A stretch of DNA of 64,000 nt from Candidatus Kapaibacteriales bacterium (lineage in GTDB: Bacteria > Bacteroidota > Ignavibacteria > Kapaibacteriales > UBA2268). Under the pieces are notes generated by a model. It saw only the letters and a list, made by a program, of their open reading frames with translations. It was not told the DNA's origin and did no database searches. The translations under genes and the position numbers were made by a program. Shown here in pieces: positions 41,864-51,352 of this stretch (position 1 is the first letter of the stretch; every line of letters starts with the position of its first letter). Where the stretch lies: the NCBI GenBank assembly GCA_965661945.1, contig CBFIFP010000001.1, forward strand, positions 515,638-579,637, given 5' to 3'.

Positions 41864-44359
41864 TTAAATATAAAACTTAGAAAAATAAATCAAATAATCA
41901 ATAAATGAATTCTTTATTTGGTACAAAGTTAATGGAAGAAAAATAAGCACTATCACAATAATACTAACAGTAGAATAAACTTTCCAACTTGAAATATCAA
42001 AAACCACTGATGAAGCTTTTATCATTCTAAAAAATGACCATACTAAAAGAATCAACAATAGGATTATCATAGTTATTGCTATTCCTTCATTTAACATAAA
42101 TAATTTTTGAGAAACAATTGCAAAAGGAAGAATTAAAATAACTGGAATAAATGACCAAACAGTAATTATAAAAGTATCCGAGAAGAAAATCTTACCACTT
42201 GCAACACTTGAAAATAATTTTAATACAGATGAAATCAAAAAGAAAATCAAAAATATAACTGATGATATTATAAGCATAAACGGCTCAGGTTGCCAAATCA
42301 TCTTATAAATATTTTTTTGAAAATCAATACTAGGTACTATCAATTTAATCAAATACTGCTCAGCTTCATAATTTCGGAAATGAAACAAAAAGTTTGACAA
42401 AAATATACCCAAAGTTATAGAAATCATTAAACTAAGTATTAAAGTCAAAGACGTTGAAATCAACCTTTGGTCTCTAATATCAGCATAAAAATTAAATGGA
42501 CTAACTATACTTCTCTTAAAATACTCCCTAAACCTCTTTATCCTATTTAATAAGAAAATAAATAATAAAAGCAATGCCAAACCTAGAATAATAAAAGAAA
42601 TAGAACTTTTTTCTGATTGACTACCAGCGTCTAAAATCGGTTCTTTTTCTTGGTTAAAAAGCGATTGAGTTGTCTCATAACTAAGTCTGGTTTTTCTATT
42701 TCTTTCAACAAGACCAGTACTAGATAAAAATAAATCTTTATTATTAGTTCTTAAAGTCGGATTTTGAAGTAAATAATCATTAAATGAATTTATAATACAA
42801 CCTGCTAGCTTTTTTCTTTCAGCAATATGAAAAAGATTTATAATTACATTTGCTTGATTCTGTACTGACAGTAAATCCAGATAACCATTATGATTTTTTA
42901 ACTGAATTGGTAAACCAAAATTTAAAATAACTGCATTTTGATTAGATAAATTATCATCAATAATTTTAACTATTTTTTCATAATTAACAAAAGAATTATA
43001 AATAGACACAACACTCAAATCCTCTTTACCCAATAATTTTAAATTATTAATATTATAAGTCCTATAAAACTTATTATCACCCTCAAACTTATAAATATTT
43101 TTTGGTTCAGAACTATATTCTATCTCAGAACCCAAACCCCAAGAAATTAAAGAAACACTAGTGCTGTAAGACGATTCTAATCTTCTACTTACATTCTCTA
43201 ACCTAACTTTTAACTCATTAGTATTGTAAATTCTATTAGGCAACCTATACGCAGGCAAATCTATTAAAGTTAAGATTCCATACTTATCACAAAGTTTAAT
43301 CATATAAGGGTGTGGCGGCAAATATTTAAATCTCACTAAATTAGCACCAAGTTTCTTAATCAAATTAATATCTTTTTCAAAATCACTTATTGAAAGAGTA
43401 CCACCTTTTCCTTCAAAATCTTCAATATAATCCACACCTTTAATAAAAGTTCTTTTACCATTCAAATAAAGTTGCTTCTCTGAAAAAACCGCTTTTTTTA
43501 TACCAATTGATTCAGTGTATGAATCTAAAAGTCTTTCACCAGAATAAATCTTAATCTCTAAATCATATAAATTTGGATTATCCGTATCCCATAGTTTATA
43601 ATTATTCAAAACAAATTTAAACTTTTGTTCAACAGATCTTTCGCTTTCTATCTTAAACTCTCTTATATTATAAGATTCAACCATATTATTATTATCTGAC
43701 AGATTAACCTCTATTCTAATTGGCATATTTTCTTTATAAATTCCACTAGAATCATTTTTCTGATTTAATATACCAGAATTAACTAAAAAACTACCTTCTA
43801 TAGTCGCTTTATTTTCTTTAATTTTAGTTTTTAAATTAAATAAATTATTTAACCATACTTTTGAAGTTCCAATAAACAATACATCTCTAGTGATTGCAGT
43901 ATAATACCTCATATTATCAATCCCCATAGTTTTACTAATCAAACTATGGTTTTCTAAAGGAACTGTCTTCAATTTAATTTTTATATTTTCATCATCTATA
44001 AAGTTTTCAGGTATTTTTACATAAAATGGAGTCATTGCTCCAAGATATTTACCCACAAAATTCTCATTTACATAAACCTCTACATCACTATCAAATCCAG
44101 CAAAATAAATATGCCATAATCTACTTTTAGATAAATTTTTATCAATTTTAATTTCTTTAGTTATACTAATCTCTTCATTTGAAGTCGAAGAAAACGGGAC
44201 ATATCTTCTTGATTGAGTATTTTCTTGTGTCCAATTACCCTTCAGATCAACAACAACTCTTTCCTTTGTTTTGTAAAGAGAGTTATAGTCCTCAGCTCCA
44301 AAAGGAAAAACATTACTAAATAAAATAAAAAATAAAATAATAAAGATTTTCATAAACAA
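41864..44359 (-). CDS. GH2-like (sugar-binding + TIM-barrel) ectodomain fused to a C-terminal ~6-TM membrane domain
   Basis: 831 aa. Signal peptide. GH2 N-terminal jelly-roll (..DVEVYVNENFVGKYLGAMTPFYV..). TIM-barrel region (..LYLNGKRTFIKGVDYIEDF..NLVRFKYLPPHPYMIKLCDKYGILTLIDLP..). Then six hydrophobic helices. Confidence 0.55.
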   Translation of the reverse strand: MFMKIFIILFFILFSNVFPFGAEDYNSLYKTKERVVVDLKGNWTQENTQSRRYVPFSSTSNEEISITKEIKIDKNLSKSRLWHIYFAGFDSDVEVYVNENFVGKYLGAMTPFYVKIPENFIDDENIKIKLKTVPLENHSLISKTMGIDNMRYYTAITRDVLFIGTSKVWLNNLFNLKTKIKENKATIEGSFLVNSGILNQKNDSSGIYKENMPIRIEVNLSDNNNMVESYNIREFKIESERSVEQKFKFVLNNYKLWDTDNPNLYDLEIKIYSGERLLDSYTESIGIKKAVFSEKQLYLNGKRTFIKGVDYIEDFEGKGGTLSISDFEKDINLIKKLGANLVRFKYLPPHPYMIKLCDKYGILTLIDLPAYRLPNRIYNTNELKVRLENVSRRLESSYSTSVSLISWGLGSEIEYSSEPKNIYKFEGDNKFYRTYNINNLKLLGKEDLSVVSIYNSFVNYEKIVKIIDDNLSNQNAVILNFGLPIQLKNHNGYLDLLSVQNQANVIINLFHIAERKKLAGCIINSFNDYLLQNPTLRTNNKDLFLSSTGLVERNRKTRLSYETTQSLFNQEKEPILDAGSQSEKSSISFIILGLALLLLFIFLLNRIKRFREYFKRSIVSPFNFYADIRDQRLISTSLTLILSLMISITLGIFLSNFLFHFRNYEAEQYLIKLIVPSIDFQKNIYKMIWQPEPFMLIISSVIFLIFFLISSVLKLFSSVASGKIFFSDTFIITVWSFIPVILILPFAIVSQKLFMLNEGIAITMIILLLILLVWSFFRMIKASSVVFDISSWKVYSTVSIIVIVLIFLPLTLYQIKNSFIDYLIYFSKFYI

Positions 44360-44364
44360 TTCCT

Positions 44365-46500
44365 TTAAATTAAAATGATTGCTTTTGATTGATTAATAGA
44401 TTCTAAAATTCCAAATGTAGTAAGCGTAGTATAATAAACTTCTTCAAAGCTTATAGGCATATCCTTGCCATTTTTAACAGCATCGATAGTCTCTATAACT
44501 TCCTCATTAATTCCTTTTTGTCCCGAGAAATTTTTTGTGGATGTATTAGACCCCTTATATATTTCCAATCTCTCAAAATTTATCATCTTATATGAAGTTC
44601 CAGAACTAAAAATCTCACAATACTCTTTTTCCATACCCTTTCCGCCATTTGCATAATAGTCTATCCTTCCTATGCTTCCATTTTTAAACTTTATAGAAAT
44701 AGTTACTACATCCTCATCAGGAATACTATCATTATTAGAACTTATACTTTCCGCATAAACTCTAACAGGAAGACTACCAGTTAAATAAATAAGCGTATCC
44801 ACAAAATGACAAACCTCACCAATAATTCTACCCTTGTTTTTATCATTCTGTACCCAATGTTCTTTGGGTATCAAACCAGCATTTACCCTGTAACTAATAC
44901 TTACTGGGTCATGCGCATTTTTAATTTCACTTTTAACAAATTTAAATATATCACTAAATCGCCTATTAAAACCAACCATTACTCTGCCATTAGTCTCTTC
45001 AATTGTTTTTCTAATCTCCTCTAAATCATCTTTAGTTGTGCATAATGGTTTTTCGCAATAAACTGGCTTTTTCGCATTCAGTGACTGCAAAACAAATTCA
45101 CCATGCTTAGAATGTTCAGTTGCAATAAAAACTAACTCAGTTTTCTCATCATAAATCAAAGCTACAGGGTCAGAGCTACTTAATTCAAAATCATTAACAT
45201 TAGCTGCTGATTTAGAACTTAAAGGACTTGAATTACATACACCATAAAAGTTAACCTTAGAATTTTTAAGTGGTGGGATTAAATAATTTTGAGCAAACTG
45301 CCCCAAGCCAATAAAACTTAAATTTACATTATCATTCTTCTGCAATTCTTTATCAGTAAAAATATACCTACTAATCGTTTTTTCTTCATCACCAAAGTTT
45401 ATCACAATCCCAAGATACTTCTCGTTTCCTGTTAAAATTAAATTATAAGCATCTACAGCATCTTCCACTTTAAATGTATGAGTAGTTATTTTTTTCACAT
45501 CTAAAATATCACGTGATATCAAATCAATAATAGACTCAATATTCCTCTTTTCTGTCCAACGAACATAAGCCACTGGATAATCATTTCCATAATCCTCATA
45601 ATTTGGGTCATATCTTCCAGGTCCATAGCTACAACTTATCTTAACATCAATTTCTTTTCTATACCATTTTCCTCTATCAATATTTAGCCCAACAGCACCA
45701 ACTATACTTATTACTCCCCTTTTCCTAGTCATCTCGAAAGACAAATTCAATGGCTCCGAACTACTTGTTCCTGCAGTTATTATAACACTATCTAATCCAA
45801 TTCCTTTGGAAAATGCTTTTACTTTTTCTAAATTATCTTTGGTATTTCTCAAACATAAATCTGCACCAGAATCATAAGCATCTTTAAACAAATCCTCATT
45901 TATATCAAAACCAATAACCCTACAACCTGCACCCTTCAGAATCTGCACAGTAATCAATCCCAAAAGCCCCAAGCCAATTACACCTACAGTTTCACCTACC
46001 GAAACATTCGCTTGTCTTACACCTTGCATTGCTATTGAACCAACCGTTCCATAAGAAGCATCTGAATAACTAACATTTTCTGGAATTAGTACAGTCAAAT
46101 TTTTAGGAACGGATACAAACTCACCATGATTTGCTATGCCTGCCCCACCTACACTAACTCTATCACCAACTTTAAATTCTTTACATTTTGATTCAACCAC
46201 TATGCCACTAGCTGAATAACCCAATGGTTTAAAACTATTCAACTTATTCCATACACGATTATACGTCGAGATAATGCCGTGTTGTTTGAAAGTATCAAAA
46301 ACTAACTTTACCTGTTCAGGTTGTTTTTTTGCTCTTTCAATAAAACTACCTCTTGCATTATCTACAGAATTTTTTTCAGTTCCGGCGCTAATCAAAGAAC
46401 ACACAACCCGAACCAATACACCATTTTCATGGCATAAAGGAACAGGAACCTCCTCCAAAACCAACTCTCCGTTTCTTTGATGTTGAACAATTTGTTTCAT
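44365..46500 (-). CDS. bi-domain oxidoreductase (zinc-binding MDR alcohol dehydrogenase-like N-domain + Gfo/Idh/MocA-like C-domain)
   Basis: 711 aa. GroES-like/Rossmann N-half (..GIGLDSVIITAGTSS..). NAD-binding Gfo/Idh/MocA-like C-half. Confidence 0.65.
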   Translation of the reverse strand: MKQIVQHQRNGELVLEEVPVPLCHENGVLVRVVCSLISAGTEKNSVDNARGSFIERAKKQPEQVKLVFDTFKQHGIISTYNRVWNKLNSFKPLGYSASGIVVESKCKEFKVGDRVSVGGAGIANHGEFVSVPKNLTVLIPENVSYSDASYGTVGSIAMQGVRQANVSVGETVGVIGLGLLGLITVQILKGAGCRVIGFDINEDLFKDAYDSGADLCLRNTKDNLEKVKAFSKGIGLDSVIITAGTSSSEPLNLSFEMTRKRGVISIVGAVGLNIDRGKWYRKEIDVKISCSYGPGRYDPNYEDYGNDYPVAYVRWTEKRNIESIIDLISRDILDVKKITTHTFKVEDAVDAYNLILTGNEKYLGIVINFGDEEKTISRYIFTDKELQKNDNVNLSFIGLGQFAQNYLIPPLKNSKVNFYGVCNSSPLSSKSAANVNDFELSSSDPVALIYDEKTELVFIATEHSKHGEFVLQSLNAKKPVYCEKPLCTTKDDLEEIRKTIEETNGRVMVGFNRRFSDIFKFVKSEIKNAHDPVSISYRVNAGLIPKEHWVQNDKNKGRIIGEVCHFVDTLIYLTGSLPVRVYAESISSNNDSIPDEDVVTISIKFKNGSIGRIDYYANGGKGMEKEYCEIFSSGTSYKMINFERLEIYKGSNTSTKNFSGQKGINEEVIETIDAVKNGKDMPISFEEVYYTTLTTFGILESINQSKAIILI

Positions 46501-46679
46501 AAAAAACCATAATTTAAAAAACTATAATCACAAAAATATCAAATAATATAGCAAAAATAACATATTGTTGGAAAATTGTTAGAAAAATTATTTACAATTA
46601 TATTTATATCAAGAATATTTAAAAAATCATAAAATAATTTGAAAGCGTATATTTCGTTTTTATATTTATACAATTAAAA

Positions 46680-46708
46680 CCTTCCGAGATTTCCAAACTC
46701 TCGGAAGG
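46680..46708 (-). terminator. GC-rich hairpin terminator immediately downstream of the orphan CTD relic
   Basis: Perfect 10-bp stem CCTTCCGAGA/TCTCGGAAGG with a 9-nt loop. T4 follows on the minus strand. Confidence 0.5.
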
Positions 46709-46719
46709 TTGAGATTCCA

Positions 46720-47005
46720 TCACCAATTTATTATCACCTTCTCAAAAATTACCTCACCAGCGCTTTCTAACTTTATGATATATAAGCCAGTTTGTAGGGT
46801 ACTGGTGTTTATTTGCGTTGTGCCTGTTATTTCCTTTTCAAGTAAATTCTGCCTTAATGTGTTGTATAATTCTTACTTGCCAAGCCCGATGCCGGAAATT
46901 GTTATATTTTCGCTGGCGGGGTTGGAGAAGATTTTGGGTGTGTAGTTGTCTTTTTCTACTGAGGATACGAGGCTGAGTTCGAAGTCGATGTTGAGAACAT
47001 CATCT
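46720..47005 (-). pseudogene. orphan T9SS C-terminal sorting-domain relic with internal stop (cargo gene body missing)
   Basis: Minus-strand translation: DDVLNIDFELSLVSSVEKDNYTPKIFSNPASENITISGIGLGK*ELYNTLRQNLLEKEITGTTQINTSTLQTGLYIIKLESAGEVIFEKVIINW*. It matches the CTD pattern. In-frame TAA at 46873-46875. A stop lies upstream of DDVLN. Confidence 0.6.
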
Positions 47006-47093
47006 TAGTAATTAGAAAATAATATTTTATAGGACATTGGAGTGACTAAGAATTCTGAAGTATCAATATTGACTATGTTTACATCTAAAATGA

Positions 47094-47390
47094 GCAACCC
47101 AAATTAAAAATGATGGTGTTTATGTTAAATTATTTCCTTTTCATTTAAAATATAAATTTTACTCTTGGGAGCAGCTAAGCGAGTCTTATGTCAGAAAATA
47201 TATTCCTATTTCCGAATATGGCGGATGGGGCTATAGAATTGGCATATTCGGAAAAGGAAAAGCATTTAACATATCTGTAAATATGGGTTTGCAACTCGAA
47301 CTTAATAACAAATCTAAAATCTTTATTGGTACAAGAAAAGCAGAAGAATTAAAATCTGTTCTACTAAATCTTTCTCAATATAAAGAGTAA
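47094..47390 (+). pseudogene. 98-codon ORF without an ATG start (likely gene fragment), followed by its own terminator
   Basis: Frame is open from the TGA at 47091. ATQIKNDGVYVKLFPFHLKYKFYSWEQLSESYVRKYIPISEYGGWGYRIGIFGKGKAFNISVNMGLQLELNNKSKIFIGTRKAEELKSVLLNLSQYKE*. An ATG-ATG-GTG run sits in another frame at 47110-47118. Confidence 0.35.
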
Positions 47391-47392
47391 TG

Positions 47393-47430
47393 AAGGAGGC
47401 AATGGCTTCCTTTTTTTTTCTGTTTTTGGG
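47393..47430 (+). terminator. rho-independent terminator after the ATG-less ORF
   Basis: AGGAGGCAATGGCTTCCT hairpin (7-bp stem including one G-U pair, 4-nt loop) followed by T9. Confidence 0.5.
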
Positions 47431-47561
47431 TTAGTATTTCTAAGAACATTGATTTTTTTGCACAAAAAGGCGTTTTTTGGTATTTTGAGAACTGGGAACT
47501 TGCTGGTTTACAATGGGTTGCCGATTGGGGCTAATGTTGTGTGCAAGGAACCCCACCTAAA

Positions 47562-47588
47562 TCTTCCCCAAGGGGAGGACTTTTTTTT
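47562..47588 (+). terminator. rho-independent terminator inside the GC-rich intergenic island
   Basis: TCTTCCC-CAAG-GGGAGGA hairpin followed by T8. Confidence 0.55.
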
Positions 47589-47632
47589 GGTGATTTGGCT
47601 GGCACCAAATCGGTTTTATTTAACTGGATATT

Positions 47633-47755
47633 TTGCTTATTTCGACTTCGCTCAATAAAGGTCGCTCTGAATGACAGGAGGGGTGGTTTGGAACGGTTTG
47701 AAACCGTTCACTACGTTTTTATTACTAGATTCCTTGCTTATTTTGGCTTCGCTCA
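47633..47755. repeat. pair of imperfect 22-nt direct repeats (20/22 identical), 101 bp apart, flanking the palindrome GAACGGTTTGAAACCGTTC at 47691-47709
   Basis: R1 at 47633-47654 is TTGCTTATTTCGACTTCGCTCA. R2 at 47734-47755 is TTGCTTATTTTGGCTTCGCTCA. Confidence 0.6.
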
Positions 47756-47846
47756 GTGAACTTGTATGATTTTATCATTTTTTATTAGATTTTTATTAGA
47801 TTTGATTTTTTTTTACAATATTAACTAAAAATTAATTTTTCTTTTG

Positions 47847-47854
47847 TAAATTTG
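47847..47854 (+). promoter_or_regulatory. putative -7 promoter element TAAATTTG upstream of ppdK
   Basis: Matches TAnnTTTG, 39 nt upstream of the ATG at 47893. Confidence 0.3.
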
Positions 47855-47892
47855 TCTAATATTTAATTAAAAAATAAAAAAGGTTTTTTTAT

Positions 47893-50616
47893 ATGGGTAA
47901 AAATAAATACGTTTACTACTTTGGTGGAAAGAAAGCAGAAGGCGATGCTTCAATGAAAAATTTGTTGGGTGGTAAGGGTGCTAACCTTGCTGAAATGATT
48001 AAATTAGGTATGCCTGTACCTGCTGGTTTTACTATCACAACTGATGTTTGTACTTACTATTATGACAATAATTTACAATATCCAAAATCTCTTGAAGATG
48101 ATGTGAAAAAAGCAATAGCTAAAGTAGAAAAAGAAATGAAAGCAGATTTTGGGAGTAACGACAATCCTTTACTTTTAAGTGTTCGTTCTGGTTCAAGAGC
48201 ATCTATGCCTGGTATGATGGATACTGTTTTGAATCTTGGTTTGAATGATAAAACTGTTAAAGCAATCTCTAAAAAGTCTGGTAATGAAAGATTTGCTTGG
48301 GATTCTTACCGTAGATTTGTTGCGATGTATGGCGATGTAGTATTAGACTTAAAGCCCAAAACTAAAGATGATATTGACCCTTTTGAGCATATTTTGGAGC
48401 AAAAGAAGGAAGAGAAAGGTTATAAATTAGATACTGAATTTACTACTGAAGATTTAAAAGATTTGGTTAAAAATTTTAAAGAGGCAATTAAAACTCATAC
48501 TGGAAATAAATTCCCAGAAGACCCTTGGGAGCAGTTATGGGGTGCAATTGGTGCGGTATTTAATTCGTGGAATAACCCAAGAGCAATTTATTATAGAAAG
48601 ATTAATAGTATTCCTTACGAATGGGGGACTGCAGTTAATGTTCAGTCTATGGTTTATGGTAATATGGGCGAAGATTCAGGAACTGGTGTTGCGTTTACTC
48701 GTGATGCTGCAACGGGTGAGAATATCTTTTATGGTGAATTTTTGATGGATGCTCAAGGGGAAGATGTTGTGGCAGGAACACGCACACCTCTGCAAATAGA
48801 AGAATTAAAGCAAAAAGATATTAAGTGTTATAATGAATTACTTGATATTCGTGAAAGATTGGAACAGCACTATCGCGATATGCTTGATATAGAATTTACT
48901 ATTCAACGTGGTAAATTGTATATGCTACAATGTAGAGTTGGTAAAAGAACTGCAATGGCTTCAATAAAAATTGCTATTGATATGGTTAATGAAGGACTTA
49001 TAAAACCAAAAGAGGCAATTTTACGCATTGACCCTGAGCAGTTAAATCAATTATTAAGACCTATATTCGACTTAAAAGAAAAACAAATTGCTTTAAATAA
49101 TGGTAAATTATTAACTAAGGGCTTAAATGCTGGACCTGGTGCTGCTTCAGGTAAAGTAGTTTTCAATGCAGAAGATGCTGTTGAAATAGCTGGAAAAGGC
49201 GAAGCAGTAATTTTAGTTAGGATTGAAACATCACCAGAAGATATTGCAGGTATGAGTGCGGCAGAAGGTATCTTAACTGCAAGAGGTGGAATGACTTCTC
49301 ACGCAGCGCTTGTTGCTCGTCAGATGGGTAAGGTTTGCGTTGCTGGTTGTGGTTCCTTAAATATTGACTACCGAAATAGACAATTTACTGTTGATAAATT
49401 AGATGTAATAGTTAAGGAAGGCGATTATATTTCAATTGACGGTTCAACTGGTGAGGTTATCTTAGGTGAACTTCAAACAAGACCATCAGAGGTTGTAGAA
49501 GTTTTAATCGATAAAACTTTAAAACCAGAAGATGCAACAAATTATCAAATGTTTGCTCAAATTATGACATGGGCAGATAAATTTAGAAAACTTAGAATCA
49601 GAACCAACGCAGACCAACCAGACCAATGCGAAAATGCCTTAGCATTTGGAGCAGAAGGAATTGGATTAACAAGAACAGAACACATGTTCTTTGGCGAAGG
49701 TAAAATCGGACCAATGCGTGAGATGATTCTTGCTTTTGATGAAGAAGGAAGAAAAAAAGCGCTTGCAAAAATTCTACCACTTCAACGAATTGATTTCAAA
49801 GGTATTTTCCACGCAATGGACGGAAAACCAGTTACAATAAGATTAATTGACCCACCACTTCACGAGTTCATTCCTCACGATGAATCAGGTCTTAAAATCG
49901 TAGCAGACGAAATAGGTTACTCTCTATCAATTGTTAAAGATAAAGTAAATCAACTTCACGAGTTTAACCCAATGTTAGGTTTCAGAGGTTGCCGTCTTGG
50001 AATAATTTACCCAGAAATCACCGAAATGCAATCAAGAGCAATCTTTGAAGCAGCAGTTGAAGTAATAAAAGCTGGAAAAACAGTAATACCAGAAGTAATG
50101 GTTCCATTAGTCGGTAACGTAAAAGAATTAGAACTACAAGTTGATATAGTTCGTAGAGTTGCAAAAGATGTAATGAAAGAGAAAAAATGCGAATTTGATT
50201 ACTTAGTCGGAACAATGATTGAAGTTCCGCGAGGTGCAATAACAGCAGGTAAAATTGCCGAAGTTGCTGAGTTCTGTTCTTTCGGTACAAATGACTTAAC
50301 TCAAACAACAATGGGATTAAGCCGTGATGATTCAGGTTCTTTCTTGCCAGCCTATATATCTCAAAACATCTATGATAAAGACCCATTCCAAGCAATTGAC
50401 CAAGAAGGAGTTGGTTTCCTAATGGAACACGCTGTTAAACACGCTAGAAAAGCAAGAAAAGGCATAAAACTTGGAATATGCGGTGAACACGGTGGAGAAC
50501 CATCATCAGTTGAATATTGCCACAAAATTGGTCTAGATTATGTTTCTTGTTCACCTTTCCGTGTGCCAATAGCAAGACTTGCAGCAGCACACGCAGCTAT
50601 TAAAAAAGGAAAATAG
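47893..50616 (+). CDS. ppdK: pyruvate, phosphate dikinase
   Basis: 907 aa. N-terminal ATP-grasp region. Phospho-His domain [22 protein letters not shown]-terminal PEP-utilising TIM barrel. Confidence 0.9.
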   Translation: MGKNKYVYYFGGKKAEGDASMKNLLGGKGANLAEMIKLGMPVPAGFTITTDVCTYYYDNNLQYPKSLEDDVKKAIAKVEKEMKADFGSNDNPLLLSVRSGSRASMPGMMDTVLNLGLNDKTVKAISKKSGNERFAWDSYRRFVAMYGDVVLDLKPKTKDDIDPFEHILEQKKEEKGYKLDTEFTTEDLKDLVKNFKEAIKTHTGNKFPEDPWEQLWGAIGAVFNSWNNPRAIYYRKINSIPYEWGTAVNVQSMVYGNMGEDSGTGVAFTRDAATGENIFYGEFLMDAQGEDVVAGTRTPLQIEELKQKDIKCYNELLDIRERLEQHYRDMLDIEFTIQRGKLYMLQCRVGKRTAMASIKIAIDMVNEGLIKPKEAILRIDPEQLNQLLRPIFDLKEKQIALNNGKLLTKGLNAGPGAASGKVVFNAEDAVEIAGKGEAVILVRIETSPEDIAGMSAAEGILTARGGMTSHAALVARQMGKVCVAGCGSLNIDYRNRQFTVDKLDVIVKEGDYISIDGSTGEVILGELQTRPSEVVEVLIDKTLKPEDATNYQMFAQIMTWADKFRKLRIRTNADQPDQCENALAFGAEGIGLTRTEHMFFGEGKIGPMREMILAFDEEGRKKALAKILPLQRIDFKGIFHAMDGKPVTIRLIDPPLHEFIPHDESGLKIVADEIGYSLSIVKDKVNQLHEFNPMLGFRGCRLGIIYPEITEMQSRAIFEAAVEVIKAGKTVIPEVMVPLVGNVKELELQVDIVRRVAKDVMKEKKCEFDYLVGTMIEVPRGAITAGKIAEVAEFCSFGTNDLTQTTMGLSRDDSGSFLPAYISQNIYDKDPFQAIDQEGVGFLMEHAVKHARKARKGIKLGICGEHGGEPSSVEYCHKIGLDYVSCSPFRVPIARLAAAHAAIKKGK

Positions 50617-50620
50617 AAAC

Positions 50621-51282
50621 ATGAAAGTTAACTTAAATAAAGATTTACAAAATCCAATTTTGGAAATTGAATTAGAAAAAGATGAATCTATAAGGGCAGA
50701 AGCTGGAGCAATGATGTATATGTCGTCTAATATTGACATTAACACCGTCGATAATTCAACTGACTTGCCAGAAAATTTATCTGACACTGTTGCACGTGAT
50801 ATTCTAAGTAAATCCTTATTCAGAGCAATTCAAAAAAATGGTAAAATAGCTTTTGCTCCTGCTAGCGGAGGAGTTCTTGAGCTAAAACTATCTGGTAATA
50901 GTATCTACTCAGATGGAGTATCATTTTTAGCTTCTACCCCAGAACTTGTTTTTTCAATACAAGGTTCACTTAAGGGTATGTTAGCTGGTAAATCGCTCTT
51001 TTTGCAAAAAGTCAGTGGTTATGGTCTTTATACTTAAAATACTTCGGCTCTCTAATCGAAAAAGATTTAGAAGAAGGCGAAACAATTATTATAGATACAG
51101 GGCATTTAGTTGCCAACGAAGACACAATCAAATTTAAGATTCAAAAGCCACGTGAAGGAAAACATATTCAAGCAGGAGAATGGTTAATTTGTAAATATGT
51201 TGGACCAGGTAAAATTTGGCTCCAAACAAGAAACAGAGCAGAATTTGCAAAAGTAATTCACAGATATTTACCAAAGAAATAA
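50621..51282 (+). pseudogene. AIM24/DUF124 (TIGR00266) family protein, frameshifted near 51030
   Basis: N-part 50621-51037 (MKVNLNKDLQNPILEIELEKDESIRAEAGAMMYM..GMLAGKSLFLQKVSGYGLYT*). Family-typical C-part in another frame (..KYFGSLIEKDLEEGETIIIDTGHLVANEDTIKFKIQ..KIWLQTRN..) runs to the stop at 51280-51282. Combined length of about 220 aa fits the family. Confidence 0.55.
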
Positions 51283-51296
51283 TATTTTACTACATG

Positions 51297-51328
51297 AAAT
51301 CCGATGCTAAAACATCGGATTTATTTTT
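51297..51328 (+). terminator. rho-independent terminator after the AIM24-family gene
   Basis: Perfect 10-bp stem AAATCCGATG/CATCGGATTT with a 6-nt loop, then ATTTTT. Confidence 0.6.
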
Positions 51329-51352
51329 GAATAATATTATACTATATATTAT

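Noticed and set aside
46709-46945. 78-aa plus-strand ORF
   Set aside because: Antisense to the clearly recognisable T9SS CTD relic on the minus strand.
47440-47600. Region between the two terminators as SRP RNA, 6S RNA, tmRNA or RNase P RNA
   Set aside because: None of the signature motifs is present (GGAAGCAGCC, tRNA-like 3' end with tag ORF, RNase P P4 sequences). It is kept only as an unclassified sRNA/repeat candidate.
47449-47759. Two overlapping plus-strand ORFs ending ..YFAYFDFAQ and ..FLAYFGFAQ
   Set aside because: Generated by the 22-nt direct repeats. No start context. They overlap two terminators.
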